Source: a virus
Taxonomy: Duplodnaviria > Caudoviricetes
Virus record (IMG/VR): IMGVR_UViG_3300032218_000247
Span: 1-25,195 of that record
Strand: one strand, 5' to 3'
Length of the DNA stretch: 25,195 nt
Shown here: in pieces, positions 15,586-22,639 of the stretch
Numbering within the stretch: the stretch's first letter is position 1
How the letters are laid out: each line of letters opens with the position of its first letter
The notes under the pieces: model-generated
Seen by the model: only the letters and a program-made list of their open reading frames with translations
Told to the model about the DNA's origin: nothing
Database searches by the model: none
Translations under genes and position numbers: made by a program

Positions 15586-15593
15586 TATTTATA
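15586..15593 (-). promoter_or_regulatory. T4-type late promoter TATAAATA
   Basis: Exact gp55 consensus, 5 nt before ATG 15580. Confidence 0.85.
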
Positions 15594-15595
15594 AT

Positions 15596-15623
15596 AAAAA
15601 AGGGGGATCCCGAAAGATCCCCC
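15596..15623 (-). terminator. Intrinsic terminator after gp23
   Basis: GGGGGATCT-TTCG-GGATCCCCC-TTTTTT. Confidence 0.92.
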
Positions 15624-15675
15624 AGTTTGCGGTTTGAACCCGTCTTTTTAACCCCTCCCACATGGAGGGTTTCGA

Positions 15676-17073
15676 TTACATCAAGTTTGTGATCTTGACG
15701 AAACGATAGTAGGTGTTGTAACCCTTGGTGTTTGGAGCACCGATAGCACCGTCGGCTGAAGATGTTGCGAATGGGTTTGCAACCATTCCGTAACGAGTCT
15801 TGAAGCCGATCTTTGGCTGGAACGTATCCTGACCAACGGCGCGAACCATCTGGAGAGGAACGTATGGGCAGTAGAACAGACCAGCGTCGAAAGCTGAAGA
15901 GCCTTTGTAGCCGAGTGTGAAATACTGTGAACCAGATGTCGAAGCGAAGTATGGGTCAATGTAGACCTTGATACGTCCGTTCAGAACACCAGCGAATGTG
16001 TTACCAGTGTCGTCAACGTTCAGGTTGTTAGCGAGAGCTGGAGTGTAATCCAGAACGCCAGCCATCTGAAGAGCTGATGCAACGTCAGATCCGCAGATCA
16101 GGACGTTACCCTTACCACGGCGGGTTGCCTTGGCAATCTGGTTAGCTTCGCGTTCGATCTGGAACAGAAGACCCTTGAACTTTTCAACCATCCAGCGACC
16201 GTTTGAGTCAACGTCGAGGTTGAATGTTCCTGAAGTCGTTACGTTCTCAGTAGCACCAGCCGAAGCTGTGTAGTTGATCGTACGAACTACTTCGCGGTTG
16301 ATTTCCGAGAGGATTTCAGCAGCGAGGATGTTTGACAGTTCTGTTTCAGCATCCAGACCATGAATAGCCTTAAGATCCTGAGCGAGTTCCATCGTGTATT
16401 CTGCCTTCAGAGCACGCGAAACGGCAGTAACAGCAACCTTCTCAATCGAGAATGCCATTTCCTGGAACGCATTACCAGCAGTATCACCGAGGCGTTCTGC
16501 CTGGTTACGAGTCATACCAGTTGAAACGGTATACGAACTGGTCGTAGCAGCTGACGTACGATCTGTTGGATCGTTTGACGACTGTGTACGACCAGTTGTC
16601 GTGTTACCAACAACGAGACGTGAAGCAGTGTTACCAGCAGCTGAACCAGAGAAGGTTGTGTTAGCTTCGTTGAACAGAGCTTCTGTGCCAGTCTGAGTTG
16701 AGTAACGCGAACGCATCGCGAAAATCAAACCAGTTGGACCTGTCATTGGCTGAACGCCGCAGATGTCATAAGCGATGAGGTTAGGCATCGAACGACGAAC
16801 GAGCGAGATGAGAACTGGATCGAATGTATCGATCGAACCATCTGATGCTGTCGAAGATGAAGAACCCATTGAGTTGATTGGAGCAGCTTCGCCCAGGAGG
16901 CCTGGAGCGCGATATCCGCCCGAACCGAAACCGTCTTCACGAGCTGCCTTCTCTTGGTTTTCCAAGAGCTGAGCAACTACCGAACGACGATGAACGTCTT
17001 TAATTGGCGCCAGGTCAGGATGTTCCAGGACTGGCTGCCACTTTTTCTGAACTGTTTCATTCAGAGATTGCAT
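15676..17073 (-). CDS. 23: gp23 major capsid protein
   Basis: KWQPVLEH, DPVLISLVRRSMPNLIAYDICGVQPMTGPTGLIFAMRSRY, SRALKAEYTMELAQDLKAIHGLDAE and FQPKIGFKTRYG. Confidence 0.99.
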   Translation of the reverse strand: MQSLNETVQKKWQPVLEHPDLAPIKDVHRRSVVAQLLENQEKAAREDGFGSGGYRAPGLLGEAAPINSMGSSSSTASDGSIDTFDPVLISLVRRSMPNLIAYDICGVQPMTGPTGLIFAMRSRYSTQTGTEALFNEANTTFSGSAAGNTASRLVVGNTTTGRTQSSNDPTDRTSAATTSSYTVSTGMTRNQAERLGDTAGNAFQEMAFSIEKVAVTAVSRALKAEYTMELAQDLKAIHGLDAETELSNILAAEILSEINREVVRTINYTASAGATENVTTSGTFNLDVDSNGRWMVEKFKGLLFQIEREANQIAKATRRGKGNVLICGSDVASALQMAGVLDYTPALANNLNVDDTGNTFAGVLNGRIKVYIDPYFASTSGSQYFTLGYKGSSAFDAGLFYCPYVPLQMVRAVGQDTFQPKIGFKTRYGMVANPFATSSADGAIGAPNTKGYNTYYRFVKITNLM

Positions 17074-17094
17074 GTTATTCTCCTTGATTAAAAA

Positions 17095-18192
17095 TTACTT
17101 CTTGATACCGCGAGTGATCGCGGACATATAAGCAGCCATTTCAACTGGAACCTGCTTTTCAGTGACTTCTCCGTCACCCACTGGTTCCTCATCGAGTGTT
17201 ACGCTTTCGGACAAAATCCCGGCCGAGGACTTTGAAGGGAAGTAACTCTCACGAAGTGTAGCAATCTTCTTCGCATACGTATCAACGCTTTCGAAGTCAA
17301 CTGCTTCAGAAAGTGACTGCAGTTTTGCTACTTGCGTATCTGTCAGGCCTTCTGAAACTTGAGCGAACGCCATTTCGCGTTCGAATTCTTTTAGCTGGGC
17401 TGTAAGCTCAACATTCTTTTCGATTTCTTCGTTGATAGCTGACTCAAGAGCTTCGCAACGATCTGCGAGTTCTTCAGCAACGTCAACTGCTTCGTCTGGA
17501 ATGTCGATGTAGTTAGCTTCGAACAGACCCTTCAGTCCGTGCATGAAGTTCTCTACGATTTCAGCCTTGAGACCACGCTCAACAGCAACGGAATTAGTTT
17601 CCATCCACTGCTCAACAACGTAGTCGAGGTATGTGTCAACACGCTCAACGAGTTCTTCAGAAATCGTGGCGGTTTCTTCTGTTAGTGAATCAGTGAACTT
17701 TGATTCAACAACTTCGAGCTGCTCATTTACCTTAGCGAGAACAGCAGCTGTATAAACTTCTGTTGCCTTTGAAATGAACTCTTCTGAAACTTCTGTTCCA
17801 GAGAAGATTGCCTTGATGTCGTCCGAAACGTCGATGTCTTCTGCTGAGAGACGAGCGATCTTTTCTTCAGCAACACGACCCTTTGGATTAACAGATGAAC
17901 CCTGTGTTGGGTTTGTCTTGTCACCCTTGAACTTGTCGTACATGGCTGATACTTCTGCCTTCTTCATTCCTGAGAGTGAATCGAGCATCGAGTTGATCAT
18001 GCCAACCTTTGTATAAGGCTTGATACCCGAACCCTGAGTCATTGGTCCCGATACTTCACCTTTCTGGGCAGCTCCGCCTGGAGGCGTTGCTTGAGCACCA
18101 GTTGCGTCGGCGACCTCAGCATTAACGCCGTAGCTCGCCTTTTTTGCTTCTTGCACGTCGAGCTGATCGACGTTTAATTCCTGACCTGACAT
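17095..18192 (-). CDS. 22: gp22 prohead core scaffold protein
   Basis: Acidic coiled coil with SEEFISKA, VDTYLDYVVEQW, AVERGLKAEIVENF and LRESYF; lies between gp21 and gp23. Confidence 0.93.
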   Translation of the reverse strand: MSGQELNVDQLDVQEAKKASYGVNAEVADATGAQATPPGGAAQKGEVSGPMTQGSGIKPYTKVGMINSMLDSLSGMKKAEVSAMYDKFKGDKTNPTQGSSVNPKGRVAEEKIARLSAEDIDVSDDIKAIFSGTEVSEEFISKATEVYTAAVLAKVNEQLEVVESKFTDSLTEETATISEELVERVDTYLDYVVEQWMETNSVAVERGLKAEIVENFMHGLKGLFEANYIDIPDEAVDVAEELADRCEALESAINEEIEKNVELTAQLKEFEREMAFAQVSEGLTDTQVAKLQSLSEAVDFESVDTYAKKIATLRESYFPSKSSAGILSESVTLDEEPVGDGEVTEKQVPVEMAAYMSAITRGIKK

Positions 18193-18233
18193 ATTATTAT
18201 TCTCCCTCAGGGTTATAGAAGATTCTTCTAGTT

Positions 18234-18241
18234 TATTTATA
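18234..18241 (-). promoter_or_regulatory. T4-type late promoter TATAAATA for gp22-gp23
   Basis: Exact consensus in the gp21-gp22 gap. Confidence 0.85.
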
Positions 18242-18258
18242 AAATTGACGCCATTTTT

Positions 18259-18915
18259 TTAGATATTTTTGAGGAATTTATTGAAAGCATTAAGCAGAAC
18301 CGTTTCACGATCCTGATTAGTGCGATATCCCTCATTGATATCCGATTTAATTTGAGCGACGTCCTTTTCAATAAGGATGCCGTTGTCCCAAACCCATTCC
18401 TTTCCTTCCATGATTCCGTTCGCGAGTGCGTGTGGAGCGGAAGGATCTGCTACGATATCGGCGGCGGTTGCGAGATGGAAATCTTTCTGAACTTCCATCA
18501 GACCGTCTTTTCTCTTTACCAGAGAGCCCATACCACGAGAGGAGAAACCGAGCTTGGCTCCTTCTTTCATCAGATTCTTTACGATATTGCCATAAGGTGT
18601 ATCCATGATCTTCACTTTACCAACGAAGTTATCTCCTTCTTGGCGAAGCGACTTAATCATGTGTGATACACGCTCGAGATTGATTGTTGGTCCTTGTGGA
18701 TGACCTAGCTCACCGTATGCACGGCTCTGCTCGACGAACTCGCGATTGTAGCGAGCTACTTCGTTGGCTAGCGTTTCTGTTGGATAAACGCGACCGTTTT
18801 TATTTCCCAAGTTACCTTGCATAAGGATACCTTCTAGGAAATATTGTTTCTCACCTGATTCATTTGCCTCAGTGATAATGCTAAGGTTTTCGTTGACTTC
18901 GCAGATGAGTTTCAT
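18259..18915 (-). CDS. 21: gp21 prohead protease
   Basis: NKNGRVYP, GELGHP, INLERVSH, GFSSRGMGS and DIVADPSAP. Confidence 0.97.
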   Translation of the reverse strand: MKLICEVNENLSIITEANESGEKQYFLEGILMQGNLGNKNGRVYPTETLANEVARYNREFVEQSRAYGELGHPQGPTINLERVSHMIKSLRQEGDNFVGKVKIMDTPYGNIVKNLMKEGAKLGFSSRGMGSLVKRKDGLMEVQKDFHLATAADIVADPSAPHALANGIMEGKEWVWDNGILIEKDVAQIKSDINEGYRTNQDRETVLLNAFNKFLKNI

Positions 18916-19298
18916 TAGTAGGTCGAGCCTCCAGTGATTGTTGCTACCTTGTGTAGCTTAAGAATAAGCGTCGAAGGTCCAGAACCAACTTTGGTGATAA
19001 CGACGTTAGCCTGTGGTTCACCACCGTAGTTATCGACAAGACGCGAATCTGAAAAATCAAAAACGTGTTGACCGTCAGATAGAACTAGAACTGTATTAGC
19101 GCCGCGTTGAACCGTCCAGTATGCGTTGTTGCCGATTGACCACTCAGCAGAAACAATGTTCATGCGAGTAACAGTCTCACCAGCAGAGTTAGCACCAAGA
19201 AGAGGATTGGCGCTGTTAAGATAAACTGCACCAGTAGAATGGAACTTGGCTACGCACCATCCACCTTTAACGTGCTTGTTAACAATACCTTGTGCCAT
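18915..19298 (-). CDS. Hypothetical beta-rich virion/head protein
   Basis: Translationally coupled (TAATG overlaps) on both sides within the head operon. Confidence 0.65.
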   Translation of the reverse strand: MAQGIVNKHVKGGWCVAKFHSTGAVYLNSANPLLGANSAGETVTRMNIVSAEWSIGNNAYWTVQRGANTVLVLSDGQHVFDFSDSRLVDNYGGEPQANVVITKVGSGPSTLILKLHKVATITGGSTY

Positions 19299-19897
19299 TA
19301 TTCGTCTCCCTCAAGTGATTCGAATACGAAATCGAGAACCTTCTCGAATGTATCTGCACTTTCGTTGACGGCTGACTTGAACATCGCACGATTGCCAGTA
19401 TTCAGTTGCTCATAAACATCAATAAGACCGTTATATACATCTTCATTGATTTCGATTGTATCACCGTTGAGCAACTCTACAATGATTGAATCTTCGTCTG
19501 ATTCGCTAATCATTGGCGTATTAACGAAAACTGATTCTTGGAAAGCTGGAACATTAACTGAAGAAGCAGCAGTCTTTACTGGCTTCATGTCACCCTGTGT
19601 CTTATCAGCACGAGTTAATGGCGTCTTGCTTCCTTTGAAACCAGACTGATCCTTAAGATCAGAAGTTCCTTGCTTTAGCGGACCGCGATCACCATTCGCT
19701 GGCTGATGCATTGTTTTTTCAGCGCCACCGGCATTGAGCTTATCTGAAGTTCCCTTTACAGGATAGTCTGTTGAGTCTACAGTATGTGCGTCAACAAAAT
19801 CTTGCTCACCCTGCGCACGTGGCTTCAGGGCAGCTGCTTCAGGATTCTCATCCTTCTTAACAGCAGTAGCTTCACGCAGTTGCTTGAAGGTCTTCAT
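19298..19897 (-). CDS. Prohead core protein (gp68 position) with a targeting-like N-terminus
   Basis: Starts MKTFKQLRE-A; lies between the gp67-like gene and gp21; GGAG RBS. Confidence 0.65.
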   Translation of the reverse strand: MKTFKQLREATAVKKDENPEAAALKPRAQGEQDFVDAHTVDSTDYPVKGTSDKLNAGGAEKTMHQPANGDRGPLKQGTSDLKDQSGFKGSKTPLTRADKTQGDMKPVKTAASSVNVPAFQESVFVNTPMISESDEDSIIVELLNGDTIEINEDVYNGLIDVYEQLNTGNRAMFKSAVNESADTFEKVLDFVFESLEGDE

Positions 19898-20081
19898 CTG
19901 ATACTGTCTCCTCTACTTCTGCTGAAGCGTCTTGGCTTGCAAACATTGATGACGCAATCGAAATCTTCTTGAGTTCGAGAGCATCGCTGATTTTGTCAGC
20001 TAACGCTGAGTGGATCGCGTCGCGAAATCCCGCGGCATCCTGCTCGGCAGCTGATTGAATTGCACTGTAAATATGTTCCAT
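19872..20081 (-). CDS. gp67-like prohead core protein
   Basis: Small acidic helical protein (FRDAIHSALADKISDALELKKISIASSMF) heading the head operon; GAGG RBS. Confidence 0.7.
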   Translation of the reverse strand: MEHIYSAIQSAAEQDAAGFRDAIHSALADKISDALELKKISIASSMFASQDASAEVEETVSDEDLQATA

Positions 20082-20105
20082 TATGATATCCTCATTTCGT
20101 GAATC

Positions 20106-20113
20106 TATTTATA
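20106..20113 (-). promoter_or_regulatory. T4-type late promoter TATAAATA for the head operon
   Basis: Exact consensus 24 nt upstream of the gp67-like start. Confidence 0.85.
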
Positions 20114-20130
20114 AAAAAGTTTCATTATTT

Positions 20131-21177
20131 CTAAGCCAAATAATAAGGTTTTCCCGTAAAGATGTATTTCATATTGGCGTGTCCATTGTGTTCTCGTATC
20201 GTAGCCAGACCCTGTTGGAATACCTCATACATTGGCTCATTTTTCCAGTTGAGTATGAACTTGTCTCGAGCGCTCAAGCTCGAAATTGTAGACTTCTTGG
20301 ATTGATAAGTTAATGGGTTCTTTAGATCGTAAATCACCTTTTTATAGATCTCATCTTGATTTGCAAAATATACCTGTTCTTGATTGAATCTTTCGTAAGT
20401 TTTTAAGACCTTTAGCATCGTATGAGTTTGTTTTCTAATCAAATCTATTGAAGTCCTATCGGTATCATTATGGAAGTTAACTCTAGTGTAATTTGTGTCT
20501 CTGTAATTGCAACCATAGTCTGCGAATTGAATGTCGTTAAAACTTACGAAAGGTCTTTCAGTTTTTTCAAGATCTATTACATTTGATATGCAGTTTTTAT
20601 CGGATCCCATAACATATGCAGTTTGTTTATCATTAGGTAAAAATCGACATAGATCATACCAAAACAAGTTATGAATGCTCCTAAAAACTCCAATGTGTTT
20701 AGCCCAATCTTTACCATAATGACGAATCAAACTAAAGTTGTTAGGATCATCAAACCATTTCGTATAGTCAATAACCGTCACTTTAGTGTTTCTGATATCC
20801 AACTTTTTAAGAGTTGGATATACGTTGTGATAGATGTCTCCGTTATGGTTTTCATCAGAACCATAGTGAGAATCTTGAGAAAACGCGCCAACCACTAAAA
20901 TTTCGTCAATGTGAATGTTGTTATAATAAAACGATTCTAGAACTTTAGTCGAGTCTGATCCTCCAGAATAGCATAACATAACATATTCATTCGTATCCCT
21001 TATATACTCAGCTCTACGTTTATATAACTCGTCAAGAGATTCTATTGGCTCTTGACTCCAATCCACTCTATCATAAACGTCTTCATGAAAGTAAAACATA
21101 CATTCTTTACCAGAACGTAGAGCGTCTAGCTGAGTATCATAAACGTTGTTTTCTTTATCATAATAAAAGAGATTCAT
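20131..21177 (-). CDS. PP-loop (N-type ATP pyrophosphatase / adenine nucleotide alpha hydrolase) enzyme
   Basis: VMLCYSGGSDS PP-loop after a hydrophobic strand; N-terminal DWSQEPIESLDELYKRRA. ATG directly abuts the upstream TAA. Confidence 0.75.
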   Translation of the reverse strand: MNLFYYDKENNVYDTQLDALRSGKECMFYFHEDVYDRVDWSQEPIESLDELYKRRAEYIRDTNEYVMLCYSGGSDSTKVLESFYYNNIHIDEILVVGAFSQDSHYGSDENHNGDIYHNVYPTLKKLDIRNTKVTVIDYTKWFDDPNNFSLIRHYGKDWAKHIGVFRSIHNLFWYDLCRFLPNDKQTAYVMGSDKNCISNVIDLEKTERPFVSFNDIQFADYGCNYRDTNYTRVNFHNDTDRTSIDLIRKQTHTMLKVLKTYERFNQEQVYFANQDEIYKKVIYDLKNPLTYQSKKSTISSLSARDKFILNWKNEPMYEVFQQGLATIREHNGHANMKYIFTGKPYYLA

Positions 21178-22101
21178 TTATCTTTCTGTAATCTTTGCAA
21201 TCAATGACGCAATATCTGCATCTGATAGTTGTTGTGTTTGCTCGTATATTTCTTGTGTAATTCTAGATAGATCATGATTGATTAAGTTTTTGGCATCTTC
21301 TGGAATCACTGGAGGCGTATAGTTGTCAGATTTCCTATGCTTATGATAAGAATCAACACTAATCGGTAAGTTGTTCATAGCCTCTTTAACTTCTTCCGTA
21401 ACTGCTAGATCCCAGTTAAGTAACGAATAGTCTTGTTTAGTTTCGTCTGAAGCTGCATCTACAAGATAACCGTTTACTACTATGAGTTCACCATTTGCAG
21501 TTATCGGTGAATATAGAGGATAGTTGTATGCAGTTATCGAAGAAGGTTGAGGTTTGTTTTTTTTCCATACTTCACCTGCATGCGCGAAAGATTCTTCTTT
21601 ATCTACTAATCCTTCATATAAGACTGTATCTTTTTTCAAATTGGGCGAATTCATTAGTATGATTTGAAGATCTAAATCTTTTCTACTCATGGTCCAAAAC
21701 CATTGGCGGTTTTCTGTTTTAATCCAAAACATATGCTCGGAAGACCACTCAATCGTGCCATCTTCCATCTCATACATTTTTCTATCACCTAGAGTCGTTT
21801 GATGTAATCTTTCGATTCTTGCAGGACCAGTAGGAGAAAATACCATATCTCCAGCAACGATATCATAGATCATTTTCCACGACAGATCAGCCATGAGCAC
21901 AGCGCTGTTGCGAACAAAGCACTTTTTAGCTCCAGTTCTAAAACGTCGTGATTGATTCCACAGTTCTTGGAGTCCGTAAGTTGATGCAAAGCCAACACCG
22001 ACAAGACGGTTTCTAATAGAGGCAATATCGTTAGACATGCCTCCATAACCGCCCCAGTTGGCGTTCCACCAAGATACAAGACCGCCGATATCCGCTGACA
22101 T
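21178..22101 (-). CDS. Hint-domain autoprocessing protein with a 60-aa N-terminal tail-tip-like domain
   Basis: Block A C61-FVRNSAVLMADLSWKMIYDIVAGDMV, block B SSEH(123)MF, terminal LYSP...VVNGYLVDA, then about 90 aa of C-terminal extension. Confidence 0.8.
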   Translation of the reverse strand: MSADIGGLVSWWNANWGGYGGMSNDIASIRNRLVGVGFASTYGLQELWNQSRRFRTGAKKCFVRNSAVLMADLSWKMIYDIVAGDMVFSPTGPARIERLHQTTLGDRKMYEMEDGTIEWSSEHMFWIKTENRQWFWTMSRKDLDLQIILMNSPNLKKDTVLYEGLVDKEESFAHAGEVWKKNKPQPSSITAYNYPLYSPITANGELIVVNGYLVDAASDETKQDYSLLNWDLAVTEEVKEAMNNLPISVDSYHKHRKSDNYTPPVIPEDAKNLINHDLSRITQEIYEQTQQLSDADIASLIAKITER

Positions 22102-22109
22102 TTGTTACC

Positions 22110-22283
22110 TTAGTTCTTAGAAGGTGGTGGACCAACAACACGATCTTGCTGCTGCATCTGTCCCTGAGCTTGCTGCTGCATCTTAGGAATAAGATTAGCA
22201 ACTGCTTCAAAAGGCATCTTAGCAAGCGCAGCAATAACGAGGTTAGCTTCTTCAACAGTCAATTCAAAATTCAGGTTGTTCAT
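22110..22283 (-). CDS. Small tail-fibre-associated protein
   Basis: MNNLNFELTVEEANLVIAALAKMPFEAVANLIPKMQQQAQ; GGAG RBS before ATG 22283. This motif is often seen next to phage fibre genes. Confidence 0.7.
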   Translation of the reverse strand: MNNLNFELTVEEANLVIAALAKMPFEAVANLIPKMQQQAQGQMQQQDRVVGPPPSKN

Positions 22284-22297
22284 ACTATTCTCCATGA

Positions 22298-22639
22298 TTA
22301 GGTGTTAGCAGTAGCCCAAGGAAGTGTAGCTTCTGTGATAGGCGACTTCGTGTTATTTATTTGCTTTTCGATCTGTTCGTTTACGTGTTCTTCATACGAA
22401 CCAACAACGACAGACTGAATCCAACCAAGAACAGTTTCTTGTGTCAGCTGATCAAAAGGCACAAAGTTGTTTGGATTCACAGTAGCAAGATCAAATGGAG
22501 TTGCTCCACTGAATGTTCCTGTGTGACCCTGAGCGTCTGTGCCAGTTTTTTCCCAATAGGTTTGAACAACGACGTTCTGAAGATTGTCGCCGTCTCTTAC
22601 CTTCATACTGTTTACTTTCCATGTATATGTGATAGCCAT
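22298..22639 (-). CDS. Tail-fibre-associated protein (possible assembly chaperone)
   Basis: MAITYTWKV...FVPFDQLTQETVLGWIQ...LPW; coupled to the fibre stop (TAATG). Confidence 0.7.
   Translation of the reverse strand: MAITYTWKVNSMKVRDGDNLQNVVVQTYWEKTGTDAQGHTGTFSGATPFDLATVNPNNFVPFDQLTQETVLGWIQSVVVGSYEEHVNEQIEKQINNTKSPITEATLPWATANT

Noticed and set aside
15581-15661. N-terminal extension of the 14993 ORF from GTG 15661
   Set aside because: It spans the gp23 terminator and the late promoter; ATG 15580 gives the recognisable MKTF...IAE start.
21178-22101. Mobile self-splicing intein
   Set aside because: It has no terminal His-Asn plus nucleophile, no homing endonuclease and no conserved host protein around it.
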